Part shown: piece after piece, positions 35,648-49,323 of the stretch | Position numbering within the stretch: the first letter of the stretch is position 1 | How the letters are laid out: every line of letters begins with the position of its first letter | Source: Bugula neritina | Lineage: Eukaryota > Animalia > Bryozoa | Assembly (NCBI GenBank): GCA_964035545.1 | Contig: OZ037768.1 | Location: 3,690,741-3,754,740, forward strand | Length of the DNA: 64,000 nucleotides | Reading direction: 5' to 3' | Position numbers and translations under genes: made by a program | The notes under the pieces: generated by a model | What the model was told of the DNA's origin: nothing | What the model saw: the letters and a program-made list of their open reading frames with translations, nothing else | Database searches by the model: none

Positions 35648-38600
35648 TCACTCAGCTGAGTTGATATTCAAATGAAGAGCTGGTTGCTTCCACCACTCAT
35701 CTATTAGCGTATCCACTTTATCACATCTCTTAGAGCTCCGCTCAACCACTCCTTTACTTCTCTCTATTACTGGTTGTAGCTCTCTGTCACACAAAACAGT
35801 ATTATGCAAAAGACGACAACTCCCAAAATCGTAGACAAGTTCAAATTTCTGTTATAACATAACAAAGAAGAATTTTAGCAAAATACCTAAACAAAGTAAT
35901 ATATTATATAAATCCCTTACACTTTGAAATTTGTTGCTTTTTACTTTCAAAATTTTTCTTAGATGGAATTGCCAAGTTTTAAAATATTACAAATACACAT
36001 CAGACTAGGAGGCTCACAGCACCATCAGAAAGCCATACCTTATAACATCCCGATTTTTCTTTTTGGCTTCTGGTAGAAGGTGATCTTTCAGTGTGGCTAT
36101 CACACCCTCAGCTTCACTGTGGACAAGAGGAGGGGGTGGGTATGTGTGTGACTGTAACACCTCCAACTGCTTGTCTCTTATACTCCTCACAACTGCATCT
36201 GTTGACTGTAACCAGTACACCGAGAATTATTCTACCTCTAAATTGTTAGCCACTGATTGACTTGAATGTACTTTGGTTAGATTATACCATGACATGAAGT
36301 ACGGTAACTTTGACCTAGTAGCCTTTTACAAAGAAATTGCAAGCACTTGACTCTGTTGGCCCAGACAGAAATATGTTTAGAATATGAGAAATATATAATT
36401 CACTAGAAGAGACAATACTGAGTGAATGTGGTAATACTGAGTGGATGTGGTAATACTGAGTGGATGTGGTAATACTGAGTGGATGTGGTAATACTGAGCG
36501 GAAGTGGTAATACTGAGTGGAAGTGGTAGTGCTGGTGCTAAGGTCCTACACTCCATTGTTAAATAGGAAGTCATACTATACAAAAGTGAACCGTATGGAG
36601 GACAGACAACTCTGTACACACACAGCATATACTAAGAATTTCCAACTGACCTTGTAGCCACCGAAACCAAGCAACTGTGACAGCTGCTGCACATCCTTGC
36701 TGCCGTCAGAGAGCCTTTCAGTAACCACTGAGTGAGGGTTGCTGGAGAGAGAGTACAGAGGTACCGAGTGGAACTTCTTCACCTCTTTAGTGTAGTCCTC
36801 GGTCACTGTGGTTGAGTCAAGTGATGCCAACGGCTCAGCATTGCTGACCTACAGAGGAAATGCATGTTGGTCTTCTCATATTTCACCAAACATGGGTAGA
36901 CGGAATGCAAGATTATGCTGTCCACTTTGACAACACAAATATTAATTCTCTGCTAGATGTCTTAACAGCTGATTGATGTCAACTCATTCTGAAAATTTGT
37001 GAGATTTATAAATGATTTCAAATATTTTACTAAAAAGGTTCCATAGACCAACACAACCTAAACCCTAATACCATTGTCTATTCATAGAGAGTAAGCACAC
37101 CTAAGTTATGAAATAATGAAACTAAATCTAGAATATTTTTTTTAAAAAACCCGGTTAGCTTAATCCTTCTGGTATAAAGTAAAGTATACTAACTTTGAAA
37201 GTTAGAATTAGATAATTTATGTCATGTATAATTACTTGTAAAATATTGAAAATAGCTTAATTTAACTCACCAGCGTATTAATTGTTTCCACAAGAAGACC
37301 CTGTCTATCATCCAATTTAGACTTAGCACCAACATTCTGCTTCATCAGCACACAGATCTGATTTTGCTGACTATGCACATTCCTTTTGAAATTATTTATA
37401 TCTTTTTCTTTCTGCTTCAAATTGGCAGTCTGTCTCTGGGAGCCCTGCACCTAACACAACACAGGGTGAATGATGACACATCTCACTTTTAATGTAACCA
37501 ACTAACAGCACTTAGCTTTGAAGCACAACTTCTGCAGCTTCCAATTAAACTTTGATATCAATAAGTACTTTTTTGATGCTAGCTATTGCCCTACCTTGTT
37601 CTTAGCTATTGTCTTACCTTGTTCTTACCTCTTATCTTACTTGTTCTTAGCTATTGCCTCCCTTACCTTGTGCTTAGCTATGAATACTTGATTTATTGCT
37701 ATAGTAATTAATCACAAGTGGAGCAATATTTTAGTACACTACCCACAAGAAAAGACACAGTTGAAGGAAACTGGGAGTGACTTACTTGCTGTTCGAGGGC
37801 GGAGCATGTTGAGCGGACAACTTCCAAAGCAGCTTTAGTTTGTCTTTCTGCTATTCTGTTATCTAGTATATCTCTACAACAAATAGAGGATTACATAAGT
37901 ATATTATATTATTCTGTAGCATCCCAAAATACTATATAACATACCTATATACCTATTACCTACTAGCCAAACCAACATCAATTAGGCAAATTTAAAAACC
38001 AGCTTATAAGAGTTGTTAGCATAACACTCTTAAAAACGCATGAGAATAAAGATAAGCATGCCCGTAATTAACACATACTTTATGATTTTTAGCTTAGGAT
38101 CCTTATCTGGGAGAGAGGCTGTAATTTTTGAGAGAAGAGAAGCCTTGAGATCTGAAAGCTTGTGATTAAGTTCAACCGACTCGACACGGCAAAGCTCTGT
38201 CTCAAGAAATCTCTGCTGATGTTCAACTTGAGCCTCTTCTATAAGTTGAGTGACTCCACTGTTAAGACTCGGCTCTGAGGATTCGTCTACCAACCCATCC
38301 CTCACTACTCTAAACCTAAACACAGTTTCAACTCTATGTCAAGGTCATTTATTTGTAATAATAACCACAGTAAACCATCATGATGCAGCTAAGAGATTCC
38401 ACAAACAACTAAGTGAATAGAATGAATTTAGATTGACCGTCACCTGAGATTTTCCGCATCCTTAATATAGTCTATAGCTTGCGTGGCTTCGTCTATCTTC
38501 TCTCTGCTTCTGTTGATGTCGTGTATGATATATTCTAGCACAGTCTTGGAGCCTACTGCAGACATTATATCTCTCAATTCAGCTTTGATCTTGTCTTTCT

Positions 38601-40512
38601 CAGATTGCAGCTGCTGCTTGCTCAGTGAGCCCAGTAAAAGCAGATCTAAGAACCGACATATAGCCTGATGAGACTCCCTCATCTTCTTGAAATGTTTGCT
38701 TCGACCAGAACTGGAATCTACAGCAGAGGACATTACACAGACCTTTAGAGCAAAGGCTGACATTTGTTTAAAACTTTTCTAAAACGAAGACAGAAAACTT
38801 TGAAGGCTTTTTTAACACTTGGGTATTTTTGATAACTTGATTAAAACTTGTTAAAACAAATTCGAACAGAATATATACCAATTTCTATTTACAAAACATG
38901 AATGCTAGATATTTGGAAAGCCTACGGTAGATAAAAATTCAAATGCACATCAACAAAAATAAAAACTATGTCAATAATAATACTACAAGTCTGTGTGATG
39001 ATGAATTGTGAACTAACAACAGTACAGTTTACTCTTGTTGATGCATAGAAAATGTGCAAGAGAAGATAATTCTAAAGCAATAAATTTGAAAAGTTACTTT
39101 TATATAAAAAAACTCAGTGAAAACATCTCCCCATCCCTAACTTTTTGACTAAAAGCTGAACACACATGAAGCCCTTTGGTTGTACATTCTCCATTTACAC
39201 ACCACAGAGATATATACAAACCCCAAGACTATTCATAGTCTCAATAGTTTGACTGAGCACACACATCAACATACTGAATGTAGATAAAATGCTATACAAG
39301 CTTAAGCAAGTACATTTAAAGACAGTAGCTCGCTACCTTCAATAATGGCAGGCTGCAAAAGTTTTCATCTTAACATTTATACATTACCTTAAAATACCAA
39401 CATCTACCTTTATAACAACTAGTTTCATGCAAAAATTTGAAATATGAAAAAACTCCAAATTACAACTTTTGCACTTTCAACAAATGTGTGGAATATGCAC
39501 CCATGAGTGACACCATCGAGTTCAGATAACTCCACACTGCCAGCCAGGCAATAGACACCCTAATGATAAGCTACTAACTTACCGAGCTCCACGGAGCTTC
39601 TACTGTCTGAATTATATTTCGAGAGGTATTGTTCCAAACTGCTTTTAAAGTTGATAAAGACTTGAGCTTGATTATACATGGTCAGTTCCCGCTGCCGTGA
39701 GAGAATAAGCGTTTTTATTTGTTGATCCCTATGTAGACTTTTCTCATGATTACCTGCAAGTCAGCATATGATTATCTTATAGTCTATTTTGTAGGCAAAT
39801 AATTTCAGTTTCATTAGTATTAAAGTTAACAAAAGATGTTTTGGTTAGACTTTTTCATCATATAGATGAGGCAACTCTGAATACAAATAGACAATTTATT
39901 GAAGCTACAAATACACTAAACGATACAACAACTTCGCAAAGCAGTGAGACGACAAGACTAATATGATGTTAGCTTTTGTTGATGTAAAAATATACAACAT
40001 TCAAAAGCAGTTTAATTTTACCCATGCGAGATAAGTTGATCAGTTTTTGCTGCTGTAAAGCAACAGTTTCCTCTACTTCAGCAACTTCTACCCTATGCTG
40101 GGTAACCTGCTGTAGCAACTGCTTATACTGTTGAGCTTTTGAGTGTAAATTATCTGCAACACACACAAATCTATTTTCTACTTGAGCTGAAACGAACATA
40201 AAAAATTACATATATCTTACTAACCAAATGATCCACAAAATCATCAGTAAAATATGATTAAAATTTTCAGTAACTTTTGTGGACGTAGTTCATATTACCT
40301 GAGCTAAATTGTTGAGAGTTTTGAAAACTATGTAAAAGCAGATTACCACGGATTTGCTCAGCACTTGTGGTATGTTTTACATTTTCCCTTAAATACTCCC
40401 AGAGGGGTATAAGATCCCCCCTGCATATATAACTAACATCACTCTCCTGTGTTAGCCCAGGAATTTTCATTTCTTTTATAGCCCAATTTTTCAGCTTTTC
40501 AGCCTCGTCCAT
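35648..40512 (-). CDS. HAUS5: HAUS augmin-like complex subunit 5
   Basis: N-terminus LKNWAIKEM...ICRGDLIPLWEYL...IRGNLLLH and C-terminal EWWKQPA match the HAUS5/Dgt5 pattern. Coiled-coil exons join through GT-AG introns; stop at 35648-35650. Confidence 0.85.
36410..36530. repeat. Intronic 22-bp tandem repeat (gtaatactgagtggatgtg-like)
   Basis: About 5-6 copies in a HAUS5 intron. Confidence 0.88.
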
Positions 40513-40618
40513 TACAAGAATCTAAATAAAATAATGATAGGTAATGATCAAAACCATATTAAATACACTAAAACATTCAACTAACAAAGCAAAAGTATTT
40601 TCTTCATCATAATACTAT

Positions 40619-41148
40619 TGTGATGGCTGTGGGATATATCATGCTACCCCCTCTCTCAATTGCCTTGGACCTTAGCCTACGCCCTACATATTCCTATATT
40701 ACTAACATTTTATTTATGCCCGATGGCAGCACTCTATGATGCCGCACAGTGACCCTACGGATGGCCGCACACTCTACTATGGCCAGATGGCAGCCTCCGC
40801 GGCAGCGATCTGTTGGCAAGACAACCGGAACCCACGGGGCCAATCAGAATGAAGCTCTCTTATATAAGCAGGACACTACGTACGCCCAGTGACACTTGGC
40901 TAGTAGGATTCTTAATGCATAGTTTTGTATTATGCTACTATTTCTATCTCGATATCTCTTTTATTGTTAGTCTTATACATATAATTACTTTCGAACGAAT
41001 CAATCACAGTTTTCTCTCTTGCATAAATACAAAGAGTTATGTTCTAGCTTCTCATACACGCATAAATCCACACTTAGTAATTATTTGCACAAAACTGCAA
41101 CACTATCAATTTCTCATTCCACCTATTAGAAGCATAACACACTTCACA
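40619..41148 (+). mobile_element. Solo-LTR-like segment upstream of the HAUS5 ATG
   Basis: TGTGA...TCACA termini, GC-rich imperfect internal repeats (gatggcagcac/gatggccgcac), CCAAT (~40850) followed by TATATAAG (40861). No target-site duplication found. Confidence 0.4.
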
Positions 41149-41829
41149 GATGATTATTAATGTGGTTACGTTTTCTACTATCCCATTAGCATAATATACT
41201 TATAGATTTTGATCTTCTATTACTATTAGTATCAGTATTATATAAATACAATAAAATTAAATATAATAACATCAATAACAATATTAAATTTAATTGATTT
41301 ATCTAAGAGTAAGTTCATTACTCAACGCTAATATTAATTATAATATTAAATTAAATTGAATTCTCATTCTGACTTTGACTCAGATGCAAACTTAAAGTCA
41401 AAAGCTTAAAGCCCAAAGCAAAGCTAAATCAGTAAATCACTAAATCAGTAATTATGCATTCTTCAAGGTCTAACTTTCATTCAAATTCTAAGGCAAATAC
41501 AATTTAAATTTAAAATTAATGTTTGAACTTGATAAATTTTAACTTGAAGTTGATATTCATAATCATAGCCAATGTCATACTGATACTGATACTGATAGAT
41601 TAACTTTAACTTTAAATTTATCATCTGATCAGTCTGATGCATTGTGATTGATGATTGAATTTGAAAGGTCAAACTCAAACGCCAACGGAGTGGTTGTCGA
41701 TACTACTGATTTAAAACTCATTAAAATTATATTTCAGTGGTTGATAAATAATGATTATGATTGTCATTGTGATTATGATAACTTGCTGATGTTCAAAATT
41801 ACCAGAAAGTTTAATGACAAAGCTCGTGA

Positions 41830-42370
41830 TTGGATAACAGCAAAAAGTGACGTTTAAGTTAAAATATGGACAGATAACTCTTATAAAATAGCAAGCGCAT
41901 GTTCAAGCAAAAATATTATGTTTCCGACGAAACTTTGTTAACAACTTGACTCGCTTACCAAGAAAAAGAACCAACGCTATGTAAATTTATAGCTGGACAA
42001 ATTTTACTGACCTAGTTAGACCTAGATTTTTAAAGACAGAATAAAGAGAACGTTTAAAGCGTTATAAAAGTTACTTAAAATTATACAAAGCCAAAAAAAA
42101 GAATTGGTTCCGAAACTAAATACTGACATATATATGTTTTTTCAACTTGACTTCCCCACATGTTAGCTGTGTACTTTGTTGTGTGTCAAGAAAACTGTGC
42201 TGTGGATCACTTTTTATTTGTGCCCTATCACATCACCGACACATGGTGATGGAGATCTAATGAATGATGAATTCGCGATTCTTTAAATGGAGTTCTCGGT
42301 CTCACTATTTCAATTGTTTGAAAACTAGTAATACTTTTACCACTTCGAGACTGTCTTGGTCATGATGTAA
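41830..42370. promoter_or_regulatory. Inferred bidirectional promoter region for HAUS5 / eIF4E
   Basis: Complex CpG-retaining island between divergent genes, bracketed by periodic low-complexity tracts. Confidence 0.45.
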
Positions 42371-44903
42371 CATTATATTTATAATTATTGCTATAACATA
42401 AGACTAAGTTATCATAAGATCAAGTAATTTAGTATAATATTAATTTAAATTATATTAATAATAATAAATAATTATAATATTATAATTATTATTAATAATA
42501 TTAAGAAAAACTTAAAACTAAAAGTTAAAGACAAACTTGAAGTCAGTGTCACATTTGTCGTTGAACTTAAACAGTTGAACGTCTCAAACGCAACTTGAAC
42601 TGCAAAGTCAAAAATTATATATTAAATAATAAATTTAATTAATAATGATAATGATTATCATAATGTAATTCTTATTGAATTATCAGCATGATGATGACTG
42701 AATATCAATATGAGTATCACTAACAATCAGTAACAATAACTATAAGTATAAGTCATAAGTGTAACTCACTATTACTATTAGTATTAGTATAATAAGTATT
42801 ACTATAACTATTACTATTAATAATAATATTAGTATTACTATTACTATTACTATTAGTATTAGTATTCGGATTATAATTATTATTTATGAGTATGACTTAT
42901 ACTCATACTGTAGTTATAAGTAGCCTTATGAATATAACTCACCATAAGTATAAGTAGTAAGTACAAGGTCAAGTACTACTAGAGTACTAGTAGTAGTAGC
43001 AGTACGAGTCAGAGTAAGACTATCATAATCAGTATGAGTATAATATTTTAATTTACATGATCATTATGATTAGCCTATGTAACTTTATCCTTACCATTAT
43101 GATGATGATCAAGATTAATTTAATGGTTGACCATTAAATTTAATATTCATACTTATAGTTGTTATACTTATATTAAATTTAGTTTTACCATTAGTATTAT
43201 AGTTATAAATTTACCACGATGAGATGAACAATTACATTTAGTTTTACTATTACTTATTAGTATTAATATTACAATTAGTAAAGTAATTTAGTTTTAGTTT
43301 TACAATTTACATTTAGATTATTAAATAACTATCATTATCATTATGATTACGTCTATTTACAGTGTCAGTATCACTATGATTATTTTTATCACTATCAGCA
43401 TTAGCCATTACTTTACAATAAAACAAAAATTAACTGTCAAAAAGCTATAATGAACTTGAATGAGGATGTGTTCAACTAATACTATTTTACTATTTGATGT
43501 AGTATTTACTATTTACTTTTGCTATTTAATTATTTTTATTTTATACATATTGCTATTAATATTGCTACAAGTGTAAAATAAATATTTGGAATTATTATTT
43601 CTTATATATGTATTAGTATCAAAATTAACCTTCAAGTTCCAACATTAAAATTTTTAAGTGTCACTGATTTAATGTTAAAGCTAAATATAGAAGTACCTAT
43701 TTGAAAATAAATAACATTTACACACGGATAGTGATACTGATACTTATAGTCACAATTGTAGCGACCGTTTATATGTTTTGGTGTTGATGGTACTTTATTG
43801 GAGCCGTAAGTCTCGACTGATGCCATAAGGCAGCGTGAAAACTATGATAGTAATGTATAAAACAACTTGTTAGTAAAAAATATGCAAAGATGTATAATAA
43901 GTCACCAAGTTATTGTCAAACAATTAAGATTTCATATTCTATTAAAATGCAAAGATATTAGTAACTATTAAGAATAGCTGTATTACCTGATTGGCTCTAC
44001 TAGTTTTATAAAACGGCTGCACTAGTCATGGCTCTAGCACTTGACCCACCATGGCTAGGCCAAGTCTAGAACAAAGCATGATGTGCAGCTTACAAGTATT
44101 TATATGGCTAGTTAAAAAACTGATTAGTTTACAAGATGTGTTGGCTAACCTAACGCAGTTCAAAACAGGTGTTAATGCTATGGAAAACAAATATGGCTAA
44201 AAGTTAATGAGAATAAGGTTGACAAGTTAAGTATAAGTAGTTTGTGGATGCATTTTTAATACTTGGGTTTCTATTTATTTGCACCAACAGGATGTGTTAC
44301 GAAAGGGCCATGCTGGCGTTACAACAATGATATGGCAATTATAATCAAATGAATATGATACACAACTAAGCTACTAATACTAATACTAATAGTAACTGTA
44401 ATACATAAATGATTAGTACTATTTGACTGGTAGCACCTTTATCTCAGTTTAGTTTGATAATAAAACTTAATAAACTTATTACTATAAATTATGAAAATGA
44501 GTTTCATCAATGATTAACTAGGTATGTTGATATTTAATTTTCTGTTTTTAATCATACTTATATTTATATTTGTTATATAGTCCTAGGTTTATCACATTGC
44601 GATACTACTATTTGAAAATAGCAAGCTAATCACAGAGTATTTTCGAATGATTTGTTGTTGAAATAAAGAGCAAGTATGTTGGTGTTGTGCCTCAAAACAA
44701 AGACTTTGATTGCTGTTGTATGAAGAAGAACATTAGTTAATAAATAAAATAAGCAATGTTCATTTAACAGCTTTATTCTCAGAAATTAATGTGAGGTGTT
44801 GGTTCTCCCTTTTTCATTTTTCTGTTATCACATTACGTCAACTTTCTGAAAAAAGCTTATTATTGACTTCGTTTTTTGTTTTAGTGAAACAAATTCATTG
44901 TTA

Positions 44904-47127
44904 ATGGCGGCAGAAGACGAACCGGTAACTTCTCTGACATCAACCAAAGAAGGAGAAGATGAAGACACAGGAGCAGATCCTGAGTTGTTGAGGAAACATC
45001 CGCTGGAGAATAAGTGGGCTTTATGGTACTTCAAAAATGACAGAACTAAAGATTGGAGTGAAAACCTAAAGCTGGTGTCTACCTTTGAGTTTATTGAAGA
45101 TTTCTGGGCGTAAGTAGTTTTTAAGTTTCAAGTTGAACTCATGTCTATGGTAACTTCGAAACTCACATTGCTGTTTTTACTGCTGGGTTATTTTCTTTGT
45201 ATGTGGTATAGTATATTTCTCATTGTTCTCCGTTGAATAATATCTGAAAATTGTTGTTTGCACTACTATTTTTTCTTTTTTTGCGTTTGTATTTATTTTG
45301 ATAAATATGCGTATATGCAGCACATATTTTATTTAGTGTATTGTTGTAGCTTTGTTTATTATCTTCTGTTGAACAGGTTATATAATTACATCCAGCCTGC
45401 AAGCAGGCTAATGAGTGGCTGTGATTACTCAGTATTCAAGGTAAAATTCTATTTCTTAGTAGGAAATCATTTCAATGTACAATTTTCATTCAAGTAAACT
45501 TCCTTACGTAGAAAAGTATGGAATAATATATAATGTTAGTTTCTTTAAACCCTTGAAACTTTCACAACAAGCTGTGCAGAGAACTCTTGTACTAGAATAT
45601 AAATATACTAGTCTTCTGAAGTTTAAATATGGTTTCTTTGTAAGGAAGTTGATTTCCTCTGAATTTTATGGTTTTTTGCTTTCAAAACCAGCCAAATACT
45701 TTCATTAAACTGGCCTGCTATTTTATAAAAGATAAGATTGTTCACGACAATAGTTTGGTGAAACAGTACTAAGAGTATTTTTAACAGAAAAGTGTTCTAT
45801 TATTTTAAACATATGAACAGTGTTGGATAGACATAGAAGCAATGTAAAACATTTTGTGTTAAAATTGTTTTTTTTTGTACGCAGAGTGGCATACAGCCTG
45901 CGTGGGAAGATGAAAGAAACAAAAAAGGTGGTCGATGGATGATTAACTTAAACAAATCTCAGCGTAATGATGAACTAGATCGTTTCTGGCTCGAAATAGT
46001 ATGTATGATACAGTTTTTCTTTGTTTATCTTATGTTAAGTTGTCCTTTTATCTACTTATTCCTAACTTGAGACATATTTAGGTTGCGTGTGATTCTGGCA
46101 CAAGAATAAAAACTTCATGACTATAAATATTCTAACACCTAATAAAGGTTTATTTCAGATTATGGACAATCTGAATCTTTCAAATTTAAAAAAAGTTAAT
46201 TTAATTACATAATTTTAGAGAAATTCTATTCATGATTTTGTTGGTGGAGTCTTTTGCCAGAACCTTCTCTAGTTTTAAATTAATCAATCCATAAAAAAGT
46301 TCATTTATATGCATAATAATCGCATTGTCGAATCTAAACTAATTTGCAGCATCACTAAACTGTTGTCAACTTAACAAATAGAGCTTCATAGACTTTCACA
46401 GTGTTAAACATTCCCTGCATAAGTGGGGTATTTACTACGTCTATCTCACGTTGAAGTTACTGGGTTATGTTCTTGATCACGTAGTTGCTGTGTCTTATTG
46501 GGGAAGCCTTTGGAGACTTTTCAGATGACATCTGTGGAGCTGTGGTGAATATCCGTAGTAAAGGGGATAAAGTTGGTGTGTGGACTGGTAACGGAGCCAA
46601 CAGAGATGCTACTCTGTACATAGGGTATTGCCATTATTATTCTATTCCAAGCTTAGAGTTCTAACTAACTTGCTTCAATTTTCTCTGCTGCTAAATGATT
46701 CTATTAGCAAGTTTTTCATTTGCTTTTAAAGTCTATATACAGTTGCAAACACCCAGCTTCGATTGTGTTATTACCTCAGTTGTAACTATAGTGTTGTAAA
46801 ACAGTCATTTTTAATTTCATATAATAGATTTAATAACTGTGAAAATATACTTGAATTAAGAAGATGCTTGTGATTGGTTGAGTTTTCACTACTTTTTCAT
46901 TATTTATTCAAATCTTAACAAAGCAGATTCGTTTATAGAAAATATCATTCGTAATGATAACAGGAAGTTATCAGCTGACACACTAAGGCCAGATATTACT
47001 CTGTTTTTGTAGACGGAAACTGAAGGAAAGATTGCAGATTCCCAGCAAGTTATCCATAGGCTACCAGTTGCATGATGACTCCATGGCCAAGACCGGCAGC
47101 GTGACTCGTAACAAATACAGCTTATGA
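44904..47127 (+). CDS. EIF4E: Eukaryotic translation initiation factor 4E, class I
   Basis: Exons 44904-45109, 45377-45440, 45885-45998, 46485-46624, 47013-47127. Motifs KHPLENKWALWYF, DW, EDFWALYN, PAWED..NKKGGRW, LIGEAF, ICGAVVNIR, KTGSVTRNKY (Ser209 equivalent). The frame is open upstream to the acceptor at 44884, so an upstream coding exon is possible. Confidence 0.96.
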
Positions 47128-48292
47128 TGTGCTTCGTCAGCTGCATTTAGGAAATTCGTTATGCATACTGTTTTTGGAATTCATTTATCTGTTCATCCCG
47201 AACTTTATATACATGGTCTTTATTGTTAAATTTTGTTATTTATATTTAATGTCATTAAATAATTGGATAGAAATACAAATTGGGTTTGATTACTGTACCA
47301 AACTAGTCTACTTGCTGTATTTTATATAAATAGTTAAGTTAGAATTCCCTATCTAGTTAATAAATTGACATTGACTTTAAGCATACACAGCACAACGAGT
47401 TTCAAGGGGTTATCTTATAACCAGCATAAAAGCATCTACTTGTGGATATGCTGTGCAGATACTAAATACCTAGTGTATGCCAGTAATGTCTACCCCTGCA
47501 TATTTTCAATTAGGAGAAAAAAATCTAGCCTGAGGACTCTTAGTTCTGCTGTAAATATATTGTTGACATGTGTGGGCTTCAATAAGTCATATTCAGCTTG
47601 ATATTACTTTTGGGTATATACTACATGTGTAAAATGAAATTGCTTCGTTTTCTATAGATGATTGCTACAATGCTATAGTTATAATTTGTTTTATCTCTGG
47701 AAGTTTTTGAATATACTCAGTTCATTTATATCTAAGTTGATATTTTTCAACTATATACCATACATATTGCATGCCTGAAACTTAAGATCACAATAATATA
47801 TTATTTTATAAGCAATGGGTTGAGTAACTATAAAATCTAGAAAAGAATATCTCATAAGCTGTCTGTGCCATAGCAATAGTGAGCATTAACGTGTAAGTTT
47901 TAGATTATAATAAAACTCCTTGCCAATTTGTGTTTAGCAAACCTGATTTTGATGATAGCAACACAGAGGATATACCTGTGATAGTGAAAGACAACTCTTA
48001 TTTACAATTCAAGTTAAGTAACCTTCTCAAAAATATTTTAGACTGCTCATATAACCGTTCCGACGTTCATATTGTAGTCGATGTACCGAACAATGACTAA
48101 GGTCATATGGCTATAACCTGTCAGTTTGCATGAAAAATACCGCTTGAATTAAAACCTGGAGTCGCGTATCCTACTTCTAAAGTCGCAGGGTAATTAGATT
48201 TACCAACAGACATAATCTCTTATCTCTAAATTCTGATTTTCCTCTGGTAGGCTATAAACTCTTTAATTTAAATTTATAATATTATAACTATA

Positions 48293-49323
48293 ACTCACCT
48301 CGTAACTCACCTCGTAAAAATTAGAACACTCTGCTAACACCTACAGGCGCAAAATTATGAGTGCCTCTTATGTTGTTTTGTTTGGGTTTACCATGTGTTG
48401 AAATGTATCTGTTCTAGCATGTAGCTAAGTTTGGATATTTTAATTGTAATGTAAAGGGGTTTTAGCACATAGCTAAGCTGAGTTTGTGTTATGAGGTGGT
48501 ATCCTCAAATCTCTGATGCTTCGAGGGAGAAAACTGTTGTGAAAAGTCTGTGAGGATGCAGAAATTGATGTTGGTTCTCCTCTCTTAGCAGATCGAGTGT
48601 TTATTGACCGATTTGAATTTAATAGTTCATCATAAGCAGATGAAAGCGTTTCATGGCGCTCTTCATCTGAGAGTATTCTCATTAACAAAGTTATTCTATG
48701 GTCTCTTCGCCGGCTCGCAAGAGTTTTAAGCTGCAATTCAGTTTGAGCGTCACTGATGCCACATCTTCCTTTGAGGTTAGCGATAAACCTGATGGCTTGA
48801 TTTTGAACATGTTCAATTTCCTCACAGGCACTTTTGTTAGTCGGATCCCACAACGTGTCTGCATACTCAAGGATAGGTCTACATAGACTAAGGTATGCAA
48901 TTAATTTTGCCTTCATGGGTGCATTGTAGATTGTATGCTTGATACAGCCAAGTATTTTGCTTGCATTGTTGACTTTAGATGTAATATGTCTGTCAAACTT
49001 TAGGTTAGACTGCATGATTACTCCAAGATATTTGGCCTCTTTAACGGTTCTAAGAGTGGTGTTACCAAGTGAATATAGATGGGAGGTGTCATCATTTTTA
49101 CCAAATATAATCACTTCGCACTTATTGGTATTAAACGGCATTTTCCATTTAAGTGACCAGTTATAAAGTGAGTTTAGGTCTCTCTGAAAAGCTTCCTGTT
49201 GTATTTTGTTGTTAACTTCAGCATATAGAAGTGTGTCGTCAGCATATAGACTAACTTTGCATGAGACAGATTGAGGGAGATCATTGATGTAAATTAGGAA
49301 GAGTGTTGGTCCAAGAACTGATC
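48293..49323 (-). mobile_element. 5'-truncated non-LTR retrotransposon (CR1/L2 group): reverse transcriptase C-terminal half plus 3' UTR
   Basis: Uninterrupted frame ~49321-48473: SVLGPTLFLIYINDLP...LYADD...W..KWKMPFNTNKC...KYLGV...RPILEY...SFLPRSIR. Tandem tail (TTACGAGGTGAG)x2 at ~48293-48316. Confidence 0.92.

Noticed and set aside
36236-36330. Extra HAUS5 exon
   Set aside because: It would need a ~30-nt intron; the direct GGYK|STDAVV junction fits the family pattern.
43632-43826. ORF starting MASVET, reminiscent of the eIF4E N-terminus MATVEP
   Set aside because: It is on the opposite strand to eIF4E and has no coding character; coincidence.
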